Source of the DNA: Candidatus Izemoplasmatales bacterium
Lineage (GTDB): Bacteria; Bacillota_I; Bacilli_A; Izemoplasmatales; Hujiaoplasmataceae
NCBI GenBank assembly: GCA_050177605.1
Contig: JBFXGX010000020.1
Coordinates: 1 to 34,364 of the forward strand
Reading direction: 5' to 3'
Length of the DNA: 34,364 nucleotides
A program made the translations under genes and the position numbers. Of the stretch, positions 17,049 to 26,572 are shown one piece after another (position 1 is the first letter of the stretch; every line of letters begins with the position of its first letter). Below the pieces are notes generated by a model. That model had not been told where the DNA came from. It made no database searches and saw only the letters and a list, made by a program, of their open reading frames with translations.

Positions 17049-20000
17049 TTATGCTGGTTGTGTTGTCGTAAATCGATAATTAAGTTGTCCGATAGCTGGA
17101 TCTTCAAAAGTTACATAAATACTAACACTTCCAGGTCCAGTTGCACCATAGACGAAGGTAACAACGTTACCGTCAACAGTTGCTCTTGAATTGGATGTTG
17201 TAATCGTATAGTTTTGATTTGTTGCGTTTAAAGGTAAAATTTCAGTGACGTTGATGGTAGCTGTTTGACCGATTAAGACTGTCATTCTTATATCTGCATT
17301 ATTTACTTCTGGTAAAGTAAACTCATCACAAGTCACAGTAACACTGGTCACAGCGACAGCAACTGTAGTGAAATGATAAGTAAGTACTGTCATTGTAGGA
17401 TCATCAAAGGTTACGATAATATCAACCGCACCTGCACCATCTCCAAGAACGAATGTAACAACATTCCCATCAACCGTTGCTAATGCATTAGAAGCGGTAA
17501 TGGTATATCCTTGGTAAGTTGCATTCGCTGGTAAAATATCCGTTACGCTGAATGTAGCGACTGTACCAATTTCTACGGATAAAACATCCGCAACATTGTT
17601 TGCTTCTGGTAAGGTAATCTCACTTGCACTAACTGTTGCACTAGTCATATTGACTGGTTCAGTCGTCGTAAAACGATAATTTAACTGACCAATGGCACTA
17701 TCAGCGAAAGTAACATAAATACTAACACTTCCAGGCCCTGTATCACCATAGACGAAAGTTACTACATTTCCTTCTACTGTCGCTCTTGAATTAGAAGTTG
17801 TAATCGTGTAGGTTTGGTTCGTTGCGTTCGCAGGTAAGATTTCAGTGACGTTAATCGTCGCTGTTTGACCGATTAAGACTGTCATTCTTATATCTGCATT
17901 ATTTACTTCTGGTAAAGTAAACTCATCACAAGTCACAGTAACACTTGAAATAGGAACACTTACTACAGGTTCTACCGTTGTAAAACGATAGTTTAGTTCT
18001 CCAATGGCAGGATCTTCAAAGGTTACATAAATACTAACACTTCCAGGTCCTGTCGACCCATATAAGAAGGTGACGACATTTCCATCTACAGTTGCTCTGG
18101 AATTGGATGTCGTGATTGTATAATTTTGGTTGGTTGCATTTCCAGGTAATATATCTGTTACATGAAGTGTTACAGTCGTACCAATTTCGATTTCTTGACG
18201 AACTGTATCATCATTATAGACTGGTAAAGTAATCTCATCTGCTGTAACAGTAACACTCGTGATACTGACAGGTTCAATTGTCGTGAAACGATAATTTAAT
18301 TCACCGATTGCACTGTCTTCAAACGTAACTAAGATACTTACATCACCAACGCCATCACCTAAGACGAAAGTAACAACATTATCAAGAACAGTGGCTCTAT
18401 TATTAGAAGTCGTGATAGTATAAGCTTTATTCGTTGCATTTACAGGTAAGAAATCTGAAACGCTCAACGTTGCCGTTTGTCCGATGACTACAGTTAACAC
18501 ATCATTTTCTGTATTTGCAGCTGGTAAAGTTAATTCAGCTGCACTCACATTGACGCTTTCAAGTGGAACATTCACAACAGGTTCAACCGTAGTAAAACGG
18601 TAGTTTAGTTGTGCAATAGATGCATCTTCAAAAGTCACATAAACGCTTACGCTACCAGGTCCAGTTGCACCATAGACGAAGGAAACAGTATTTCCATCTA
18701 CAGTTGCGCGAGAGTTGGATGTCGTAATTGTATAATTTTGATAAGCCGCGTCAAGTGGTAAGATATCTACTGAAATCGTAATGACTGTTCCAATATCGAC
18801 AGGAAGACGATCATCGACATTATTAGCTTCTGGTAAAGTTAGTTCTGCTGCAGTAACTGTTACAGTATCTATTTTAACATAATCTTCAACAGTTACAACA
18901 ATCGTATCAGTAAATCCACCATCTCTGGTCGTAACTGTTACAGTTGCTGTTCCTGCACTCACACCTTTGATCATTCCTTCGCCTAAAATTTCGACGATGG
19001 AGTCATCACTTGATGTCCAAATAGTAAATGTATCTGGAGCATTAGATGGTGTTACAGCATATTCAATCACTGCTGTTGAACCATAAGATACAACAAGCGA
19101 ATCTAAAGTAATATTAACACCTGTGACTAAACCAGCTTGCCATTTTAATACACCAGCATTTGAGAATTGATTTCCAACTTTTGCTAAATCATCTGCAGTA
19201 AATGCAGGAAGCACTGGGGAGTCTAAATCTCCTGGTACCCAAGTAGCATTTGTCTTTGAATTGATTAATGCTTTATAAATCGTTGAAGCAGCATCAAAAC
19301 CACTTGGTGCAATTTCGTAGGTTGTCACTGTAGTTTTATCGCTAGCTTCAGTGATTTTTAATCCATTTTCATCTTTTACAGCAACCTCTGCAAAAACATA
19401 GGAGTTCGAAATGGATCCCGTTCCAAGCGTTAACCCAGTGATTCCACCGATATAGTCTCTACCACCAATCACAGCACCACCAACATAAACATTAGTAATC
19501 GTTCCTGCGTTGATTCCAGAGATACCACCAACATAGATATCACCACTAATCGAAGCTACACCTAGGTTACTAGTACTATCTGCAAGTTCATCGGCTCTTG
19601 ATTTATCGATAAATTCTTTTGCATCTAAACTACGTGCAAAAGATGAATTTGAAATAGTTCCTTCATTGTATCCAGCGATTCCACCAAAAGCAACGTTTTT
19701 GCCTTCGTTTCCATCGCCGTTGACGCTGATTGCACTTTGAGCAAAGACTCTACCAGTGACAACACATTCGTCGATTAATCCAAAGTTAAATCCAGCAATT
19801 CCACCACCATAGGAGTAAGTATTGGAACTCTTACCACTATTGACTTGGTTTCCTGCGGCAAGTGTTGCTGTCACAACTGCGCGTGTGATTGTTCCAAAGT
19901 TATAAGCTGCAACACCACCGATTCCACGACCTGCTTTAACGGCACCTGAACCAGATACTTGGACATCATTGATCACACCACCAAGACCATTGACACCAAC

Positions 20001-21020
20001 AATTGCACCAGCACCTGTTGTTAAATCTGTTGTATCAACTGTGCCTTCAAATACTGGTAATGCACCTTGAAGTCTTGTATTCACTACTGCACCACTTGAA
20101 GTAATGTTTTCAATTAAACCATAATTCGTATTTGCGATGAAACCAATCGAATAAAGATTTGTTTCTGCCGCACTAATTTGAGAAGTTGACCCAATGACGA
20201 TGTTTTTTACAACACCGTCAGCAGTAATTTCATGGAATAATCCACCGTTACCACCAAAGGATAAAGTATAACCATCCCCATCGTAAGTTCCGCTAAAAGA
20301 TATTTTTCTTGCATCATTAATTTCGATTGGATCTTCCAAAGTGGAGATAATGTCATTCATTTGTAAAAAGACTTTATCAGCCAAAGCAGGTGTTTCTAGG
20401 ATAGCAAGAACATCACTTGGATCACTTACTAAATAAGGATTTGTTAGCGTTCCAGCTCCACCGAATAATAAACTTTCTGAAGTCGCTTCATCTACACCTG
20501 TACTCACTTTGACGGTATAATATCCACCAAGTAGTGTGTCTGGTGTAAATACAACAGTATCAAGTACTGCTCCTGGAGTGATGGTAACATCCCCAGTAAC
20601 AACTGTGAACTGTGTTTGTCCTTCTGCTTGCACAGAAACCACAAATGTTTGTAAAGATGCATCAGTTTGAGTCCAAGTGATACTTGAACTAAACACGTCA
20701 TCAGTTAACACAATATTGGTTGGCGTTGAAGACACTAATATCCATTTTGCGACAAGGGTAAGGTCACTTGTAACGATATCAATACTAAAATTCCATTCTG
20801 TGTTTCCATTATAGAATCCATTAAAAACATAACCTGCCTTTTCTGGATCTGTTGGTTTTGTTACTAAACCGCCTTCAAATACTGTTTGAGAAGAAATGAT
20901 ATTCCCTCCATCGGTATCAAAAGAAACGGTATGACTAATCTGTGAAGTCGCTTGGTTATTACAAGCTGCCAAAGTAGTCACGATAAATAAAGCTGCAAAC
21001 AATAAAAATAATTTCTTCAT
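17049..21020 (-). CDS. 1323-aa surface lipoprotein: InlB B-repeat, GLUG/beta-helix region, Big_2 Ig domain, six ~100-aa Ig-like repeats
   Basis: LAAC lipobox, GAGT..NPY, F.GTYDG.GY, repeated GGIAG.N.G.I, WTSSDDSIV...G.ATVTVTT.DG, six TLP..N...IG...LP.NA....YTIT.SN..ATV..N.V.F...YRFTT repeats. Confidence 0.88.
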   Translation of the reverse strand: MKKLFLLFAALFIVTTLAACNNQATSQISHTVSFDTDGGNIISSQTVFEGGLVTKPTDPEKAGYVFNGFYNGNTEWNFSIDIVTSDLTLVAKWILVSSTPTNIVLTDDVFSSSITWTQTDASLQTFVVSVQAEGQTQFTVVTGDVTITPGAVLDTVVFTPDTLLGGYYTVKVSTGVDEATSESLLFGGAGTLTNPYLVSDPSDVLAILETPALADKVFLQMNDIISTLEDPIEINDARKISFSGTYDGDGYTLSFGGNGGLFHEITADGVVKNIVIGSTSQISAAETNLYSIGFIANTNYGLIENITSSGAVVNTRLQGALPVFEGTVDTTDLTTGAGAIVGVNGLGGVINDVQVSGSGAVKAGRGIGGVAAYNFGTITRAVVTATLAAGNQVNSGKSSNTYSYGGGIAGFNFGLIDECVVTGRVFAQSAISVNGDGNEGKNVAFGGIAGYNEGTISNSSFARSLDAKEFIDKSRADELADSTSNLGVASISGDIYVGGISGINAGTITNVYVGGAVIGGRDYIGGITGLTLGTGSISNSYVFAEVAVKDENGLKITEASDKTTVTTYEIAPSGFDAASTIYKALINSKTNATWVPGDLDSPVLPAFTADDLAKVGNQFSNAGVLKWQAGLVTGVNITLDSLVVSYGSTAVIEYAVTPSNAPDTFTIWTSSDDSIVEILGEGMIKGVSAGTATVTVTTRDGGFTDTIVVTVEDYVKIDTVTVTAAELTLPEANNVDDRLPVDIGTVITISVDILPLDAAYQNYTITTSNSRATVDGNTVSFVYGATGPGSVSVYVTFEDASIAQLNYRFTTVEPVVNVPLESVNVSAAELTLPAANTENDVLTVVIGQTATLSVSDFLPVNATNKAYTITTSNNRATVLDNVVTFVLGDGVGDVSILVTFEDSAIGELNYRFTTIEPVSITSVTVTADEITLPVYNDDTVRQEIEIGTTVTLHVTDILPGNATNQNYTITTSNSRATVDGNVVTFLYGSTGPGSVSIYVTFEDPAIGELNYRFTTVEPVVSVPISSVTVTCDEFTLPEVNNADIRMTVLIGQTATINVTEILPANATNQTYTITTSNSRATVEGNVVTFVYGDTGPGSVSIYVTFADSAIGQLNYRFTTTEPVNMTSATVSASEITLPEANNVADVLSVEIGTVATFSVTDILPANATYQGYTITASNALATVDGNVVTFVLGDGAGAVDIIVTFDDPTMTVLTYHFTTVAVAVTSVTVTCDEFTLPEVNNADIRMTVLIGQTATINVTEILPLNATNQNYTITTSNSRATVDGNVVTFVYGATGPGSVSIYVTFEDPAIGQLNYRFTTTQPA
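17260..17945. repeat. 86-bp perfect direct repeat (17260-17345 = 17860-17945) inside intragenic protein repeats
   Basis: gctgtttgaccgattaagact...aagtcacagtaacact is identical in both copies, 600 bp apart. Confidence 0.9.
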
Positions 21021-21044
21021 TTTCTTTTACTTTCCTTTCTTTTA

Positions 21045-23000
21045 TCAATTAGGTAAATAAGCTACTGAATTGCTAAGTGCCATGACGAGGAAGATACCAC
21101 AGATAATCACAGGTCCAATATAAGCGTTTCCGCTTAATTTATAGAACCAACGATTGAATAGTGGCATTAAAAACATCACTGGCAACAAGGTAAACAAGAT
21201 GTTAATGTAAAGCCATTGGGTTGTCCCATCAGGTAATTCCGTAAAGGCAATTGTTCCTGTGTTCGCAAATGTTACGTATTGTATGATAAGTAGAATCGCC
21301 AGTCCGGCAATATTCATAAAAGCTGCGAGGACCATTTTCCAAGCTTCTCCTAATTTTCCATGCATTTGACTGCCATTCACTCTGATTGAGTTTGAGAAAT
21401 AGAAGACAAAGAATAATGGGAAATACATGAGTAGTTGTAGTACGATTCTAAAATTAACATGTCGAGCAGACATGATGAAAAGGAATCTATAATCAACGTG
21501 AAGTAATGCTTGAATGATATTCAAGAGTGTAAAGTAAAGTGTTATCACAATGATTCCGAGCAAGAATGTTTTCATCACATCTTTAAATTTCATATTGATT
21601 CCCCAACTAGCCGTTGTAGGTACTTCTTTTTGTTGATTCTTTCCAATTGCTTTTGATAGAAAATGGTATCCAACAAAAAGAAAAGCAGAGAATAGGCCTG
21701 AAAGAACTGCCCATACCGCAACTGCATTGGTCATTCTTTGTGGGAAGAACCATGAGTTGACTGAGTTACTTGCCTTCTCAAATAACGTTAATGTTAGTTT
21801 GGCAGAAGGCAAATACATCAGTGCAGCGAATCCCGCTGCGAGAACAAATAGGAGTATATAAACCATTAAGTCAATTTTTGTTCTTTTTGTAAGTACGATT
21901 ACTGGTGCTTTTAATGTTTTCTTAAAGAATGGAATTTCATAAAGCATGCCTGTAAAAGGTACAAGTAATGCAAGAGAAGCGATTAAAGAAATCGTTGTAA
22001 AGATTTCTTTGTAAACCCAAATTTGATTGGATGGAGTGATTGTTTGACTTCTAAAATTCATTGCGATTTCAAAGAAGTTAATGATGTTTGTTGTAGCTGC
22101 GAGACTATAAGGTTGGAATGCATGAATTATTGGTGTGTTGAATACTTGTCTCATGTTTCTTAGATTTGGATTACCATAGATTTTTCCAAGTTCAACTTGT
22201 GTGCCATAAGAGATGGCGTCAAGTCCAGATTTTTCAAGTCCTGAGTTGACAAAATCATGCGATTCAATCATCCATGTCATATCAGAAAGAGATGTTCCAA
22301 TTGGTGCGTCCGGATTAACTTGATTACGGAAAGCTCCTTCATCATATAATGCATAGTCTATTCCCATATTACTTAATGAAAATGAAATATCTGATTGAAT
22401 GGATAATACATATCCACTAACAAACACTGAATTCACTTTACTAACACCATGGTTATTCACGGCATCTTTTCCAAAATGAATCGCAGCTTGCAGTGCAGCA
22501 TTTCCACCTGCACTGTGTCCAGTAACACCAATTCTTGTTTTATCGATAAAAGGATAAACATCATCGTTATCATAAATATAGTCTATTAAGTCGAAAGATC
22601 CATACCCTTCTAGTGTTGCGATAGATGTTCCTTGAACACCCGAACTTGATGTTGAGTCTCCCTGAGAGTAAGGGTCGATATTGAACACGACAAATCCACG
22701 TCTAGCGAACTCAAGGGCTAAATGTCCTTGCGTTTCTCTTGATCTTTGAAATCCAGCGATAATAACGATAGCAGGTGCTAAGTTATCAGTTGTTGCACTG
22801 TCTGGTACATAAAGATCATAGACAAGGGTTTGATTGTCCCTCGTATCAAGTGACTCAGTTGTTACTGTAACTTTGCCAAAGTTACTTTGAATGAGTGATG
22901 CAATAATCGAACTTAAAAGGATAACCATAAATAAAATGATGGTTATCATTCTTCTTTTTTTCGTTGTATTAATATTTTTTATACTTCCAAAATTCTTCAT
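21045..23000 (-). CDS. Membrane-bound alpha/beta hydrolase: N-terminal anchor, hydrolase domain, ~8 C-terminal TM helices
   Basis: ATG 23000 with GGAGGA RBS; AG oxyanion region, LALEFARRGFVV..ID, RIGVTGHSAGG nucleophile elbow; long hydrophobic C-terminal half. Confidence 0.85.
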   Translation of the reverse strand: MKNFGSIKNINTTKKRRMITIILFMVILLSSIIASLIQSNFGKVTVTTESLDTRDNQTLVYDLYVPDSATTDNLAPAIVIIAGFQRSRETQGHLALEFARRGFVVFNIDPYSQGDSTSSSGVQGTSIATLEGYGSFDLIDYIYDNDDVYPFIDKTRIGVTGHSAGGNAALQAAIHFGKDAVNNHGVSKVNSVFVSGYVLSIQSDISFSLSNMGIDYALYDEGAFRNQVNPDAPIGTSLSDMTWMIESHDFVNSGLEKSGLDAISYGTQVELGKIYGNPNLRNMRQVFNTPIIHAFQPYSLAATTNIINFFEIAMNFRSQTITPSNQIWVYKEIFTTISLIASLALLVPFTGMLYEIPFFKKTLKAPVIVLTKRTKIDLMVYILLFVLAAGFAALMYLPSAKLTLTLFEKASNSVNSWFFPQRMTNAVAVWAVLSGLFSAFLFVGYHFLSKAIGKNQQKEVPTTASWGINMKFKDVMKTFLLGIIVITLYFTLLNIIQALLHVDYRFLFIMSARHVNFRIVLQLLMYFPLFFVFYFSNSIRVNGSQMHGKLGEAWKMVLAAFMNIAGLAILLIIQYVTFANTGTIAFTELPDGTTQWLYINILFTLLPVMFLMPLFNRWFYKLSGNAYIGPVIICGIFLVMALSNSVAYLPN

Positions 23001-23019
23001 TAATGTCCTCCACACGGTT

Positions 23020-23033
23020 TGTAAGCGCTATAC
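23020..23033. promoter_or_regulatory. cre/LacI-like operator TGTAAGCGCTATAC
   Basis: Left half and central CG match the CcpA/LacI consensus TGTAAGCGCT; lies just downstream of the TGnTAAAAT -10 (23049-23041). Confidence 0.5.
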
Positions 23034-23110
23034 TGTCCCTATTTTAGCAGAAAAAAAAGGATATTTCTATCCTTGCTTGTTTCCATTATTTTATAAGATA
23101 TAAATTTTGT

Positions 23111-23986
23111 TTATAACTGAACGTTTTTAATATATTGGATGAATTCTTGAACATTGCTAGAAAGTTCAATATTCTTTTGCCAGAGCAATCCAATCTTGAT
23201 GACAATCGGATTGGTAAAAGGAATCCCCACAATCGTTTTATCATCTTTATCAATCAGTTCTCTAATTAAGAAAGCCCCTCCTAAATTCATCTTCACAAAA
23301 TTACGTAAGACAGAGATTTGACTTGAAACAACGACGATATTAGGTTCTGCTTCTATCTCTCGATACATATTATTGATGAGCCTTGTCTGATAAAAACCTT
23401 CTTTCATCATGACTACAGGTTCATCTTTAATATCTTCAATGGTAATCGATTGTTTTTTTGATAATGGATTATCGACAGAAACACAATACTCTAATTCCGT
23501 TTCTAACATGACGTAGCGATTATATTGTTCATGTTCTGATTCGTTTAGAATCGAGAAACCAATATCCAGTCCACGATTAAGGATTTTTTTGCGAATGTTC
23601 AACGAACCATCTTCCCATATTTCAAAATGAGCGCCAACATGTTCCATGACATATCGGTTATAAATGGTTGGAAATAAGAATGATCCAATCATGGGTGGTA
23701 CACCAACACGAATCGTGACAACATTATTAGCAATATCCTTCATATCTTTTTCAAAGTTTTCAAGACTATCTAGAAGAATCTTGGCTCTTTCGTAAAAGAT
23801 TTCTCCTTCTTTGGTTAAGGTGAGGGTATACCTAGTACGATTAAACAACTTGATACCAAATTCGGTTTCCAAGTTGGAGATTGCGGTTGATAAAGCTGGT
23901 TGTGTAACGAATAGAACTTTGCTAGCTTGTGAGAAACTGCCACTGTTACAAGTTTCAACAAAATACTTTAGTTGTAATAGTCTCAT
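23111..23986 (-). CDS. LysR family transcriptional regulator
   Basis: MRLLQLKYF...SFSQAS..LFVTQPALS..I..LE..FGIKLFNR...LT.EG; substrate-binding domain; 291 aa. Confidence 0.95.
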   Translation of the reverse strand: MRLLQLKYFVETCNSGSFSQASKVLFVTQPALSTAISNLETEFGIKLFNRTRYTLTLTKEGEIFYERAKILLDSLENFEKDMKDIANNVVTIRVGVPPMIGSFLFPTIYNRYVMEHVGAHFEIWEDGSLNIRKKILNRGLDIGFSILNESEHEQYNRYVMLETELEYCVSVDNPLSKKQSITIEDIKDEPVVMMKEGFYQTRLINNMYREIEAEPNIVVVSSQISVLRNFVKMNLGGAFLIRELIDKDDKTIVGIPFTNPIVIKIGLLWQKNIELSSNVQEFIQYIKNVQL

Positions 23987-24240
23987 AGTTGCCTCCTTGA
24001 GCGGATGGATTCTCTCTTATTATATCAAATTAGAAGTGAGTGTACATCTAAATCTATATTTTATCATTTGTGATGGGTTGTCCAAACATTCAGTTTATTA
24101 AAAAGAACAGAACAACTTGATTTTTATTATGTTGAGATCCTTATAAGTCAAAAGCAACAAGAATAACGCTATTTTTATTATATAGATAATCAATCTTTAA
24201 TCACTTATCTAACCTCTCTTTTAATTTGAAACACTTGATA

Positions 24241-24645
24241 CTAAGCACTTCCTAAAATACTGACTCCAATTAAAAAAAGAATAATATTGATGACAAAAGA
24301 AGGTAATATAAACAACGAATACATAAATATATCGATTGTATCCACATCGATTTTCATCCATGCACAAAAGACTAGCATCACCGCAAAGAAAACTAAAGCC
24401 ATGATATAAGTTCCTAATATAGAGAAAATGACTCTCAACGTTACATTAAAAGATTTATCTTTAAAATAAAGTAAATATAGTTGATAGGATGCATAGGCTA
24501 TACAGACAATGACCATAAAAAAATTGAGTGAAGTATTATTCAGGCTTTCATATAGCCAAATACTGATAACACTCATGACCAACCCACCGAGTGCAAATAG
24601 AATTTTAGTTTTGTCTCTAATGCAAAAATCCTTTAATTGTTTCAT
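24241..24645 (-). CDS. Hypothetical membrane protein (~4 TM)
   Basis: GAGGT RBS, TATAAT upstream, four hydrophobic stretches. Confidence 0.7.
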   Translation of the reverse strand: MKQLKDFCIRDKTKILFALGGLVMSVISIWLYESLNNTSLNFFMVIVCIAYASYQLYLLYFKDKSFNVTLRVIFSILGTYIMALVFFAVMLVFCAWMKIDVDTIDIFMYSLFILPSFVINIILFLIGVSILGSA

Positions 24646-24732
24646 CTAGCTGACCTCAACGAAAAATGAAATCTTTCGATTGATTATATCATTCTTAAAA
24701 TCATTTCTCAACGCTACAGGATATTATTAATT

Positions 24733-24762
24733 AAAAAAACCTATCTTTTGATGGATAGGTTT
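24733..24762 (-). terminator. Terminator after tRNA-Glu(CUC)
   Basis: AAAAAAACCTATC...GATAGGTTT. Confidence 0.7.
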
Positions 24763-24773
24763 GATCAATTAGT

Positions 24774-24849
24774 TGGTAGCCCGTACGGGGTTCGAACCCG
24801 TGAATGCTGCCTTGAGAGGGCAGTGAGTTAACCATTTCTCCAACGGGCC
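24774..24849 (-). tRNA. tRNA-Glu (anticodon CUC)
   Basis: GGCCCGTTGGAGAAATGGTTAACTCA-CTGCC-CT CTC AA-GGCAG-CATTCACGGGTTCGAACCCCGTACGGGCTACCA; 76 nt, CCA encoded. Confidence 0.95.
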
Positions 24850-24858
24850 AAGATAAGC

Positions 24859-26511
24859 CTATAAAAGGCTTAATACTTTTTGGATTCTTTGTATAACTTT
24901 TTCTTCTCCAAGGATGGAAAGAATATGATAGAAATTAGGCGTTGATTTTCTAGTCGATACCGCAATTCGAATGATTTCCGCGAAATCACCAATATGACCA
25001 GTGTACAATTCTGGGTTTTTCTTATAGTCTTTTGGACGAGGAGCGTAGTTTAATTTTTCAGCAGTTTCTTTTAGGTTATTAAACCAGTCTTCTTCGGATA
25101 GATCTAATCCTGGATTACTTAAAAAAGCATTCAAAACGTCTTTGATTTGTTCTTTCGTAAATCTTTCGTTGAACTCAAGCGGTTGTTTTAAGAACTCATT
25201 ATAATAATCATCATACATAAAATTGATGATAGGGAAAATTTCAGAATATGCAGAATAATCTTTTCTAGGTTTTTCTCCACCGCGTTCGATTGCAAGAATT
25301 TGTTCAAACATTGTTTTGTTTGACTCTATCATTTGGAAGAAAGGTACATCATATACTTCTGCCCAAGAGGTTGCTTTTTTTGAAATCGTCGCTGCATCCA
25401 TATTTCCAAGTACTTCTTTTGATATTGATTTTAGTTTTTCCATATCAAATAAAGCACCATCTAAACTCATTTTATCAAAGGCTAAATGAAAATCAAAGAT
25501 ATCAGCGACTGGGTTTTGAATACGCCACTCTTCAAAATTCGTATTAGCAATCGTCATTAAATATTCTAAGAATCCATTGATTGGATATCCTGTTGTTAAG
25601 AAATATTTAACTGATGCTTCAGGGTCTTTTCTTTTCGATAATTTACGGCGTTTTCCTTCATCAAGTTTATTAATGACTGGCAAGTGCGCATAAATTGGTT
25701 TTTCCCATCCAATTGCATCAAATAGTTGAAGATGAATTGGAACAGAAGACATCCATTCTTCTCCTCTAGAGATATGTGTTGTTCTCATAAAATGATCATC
25801 AACCAAATGAGCAAAATGATAGGTTGGAAGCAAATCGCCCTTCATAATAATGATATCTTGTGTATTTTCTGGGAATTCGATATGTCCACGAATGGCATCA
25901 TCAAATGCAACTCGCGTATCTTCCTTTCCAGGTGATTTGAACCTGATAACATAAGATTCATTGTTTTGTATCTTTTTTATCATTTCTTCGTCAGTTAAAA
26001 AACGACATACTGCATATTCACCATAATATCCAGGGTTTACTTTCAACTCTTCTTGTTTTTTGCGGATATCATCAAGTTCTTCATGAGAACAAAAACAAGG
26101 ATAAGCGAGACCTGTTGAAATCATGTGTTTTAATACGATATCATAAATCCATTTACGTTCACTTTGAACATAGGGTCCATAAGCACCACCGTGAATGACT
26201 GATTCATCAGGATTCACACCAAAAACGGATAGTTCACTTAACACTTGATCTCTTGAACCTTCAATTTCTCTTTTTTGGTCGGTATCTTCAATTCGTACAT
26301 AAAAAACGCCACCAGATTGCTTCGCAAGTCGCCAAGAAATCATCGATGCGAATAAACTTCCCATATGTAAAAACCCTGTTGGAGAAGGTGCGAACCTTGT
26401 CACAAATGCTCCTTCAGGTAAATTTCTTTTTGGATACATTCTTTCTAAATCTTCAAGAGTAAGGGTAACCTCAGGAAAGATTAAATTAGCTAACTCTATT
26501 TTTTTATTCAT
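24859..26511 (-). CDS. gltX: Glutamate--tRNA ligase (long ~550-aa form)
   Basis: TRFAPSPTGFLHMGS, RIEDTD, GPYVQSER, AYPCFC, PTYHFAHLVDDHFM, SRGEEW, KLSKR. Confidence 0.96.
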   Translation of the reverse strand: MNKKIELANLIFPEVTLTLEDLERMYPKRNLPEGAFVTRFAPSPTGFLHMGSLFASMISWRLAKQSGGVFYVRIEDTDQKREIEGSRDQVLSELSVFGVNPDESVIHGGAYGPYVQSERKWIYDIVLKHMISTGLAYPCFCSHEELDDIRKKQEELKVNPGYYGEYAVCRFLTDEEMIKKIQNNESYVIRFKSPGKEDTRVAFDDAIRGHIEFPENTQDIIIMKGDLLPTYHFAHLVDDHFMRTTHISRGEEWMSSVPIHLQLFDAIGWEKPIYAHLPVINKLDEGKRRKLSKRKDPEASVKYFLTTGYPINGFLEYLMTIANTNFEEWRIQNPVADIFDFHLAFDKMSLDGALFDMEKLKSISKEVLGNMDAATISKKATSWAEVYDVPFFQMIESNKTMFEQILAIERGGEKPRKDYSAYSEIFPIINFMYDDYYNEFLKQPLEFNERFTKEQIKDVLNAFLSNPGLDLSEEDWFNNLKETAEKLNYAPRPKDYKKNPELYTGHIGDFAEIIRIAVSTRKSTPNFYHILSILGEEKVIQRIQKVLSLL

Positions 26512-26543
26512 CGCTTTTACTCCTACGAAATTAGTTCATTAAT

Positions 26544-26572
26544 ATCTTATCACACTTATGTTGTTTTTTCAA
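26544..26572 (-). promoter_or_regulatory. gltX promoter TTGAAA-17-TAAGAT with TGTG extension
   Basis: Minus-strand TTGAAA 26572-26567 and TAAGAT 26549-26544. Confidence 0.6.

Noticed and set aside
17260..17945. Repeat pair as a diversity-generating retroelement TR/VR
   Set aside because: Both copies are in-frame coding repeats, flanking differences look mostly synonymous rather than adenine-specific, and there is no reverse transcriptase in the window.
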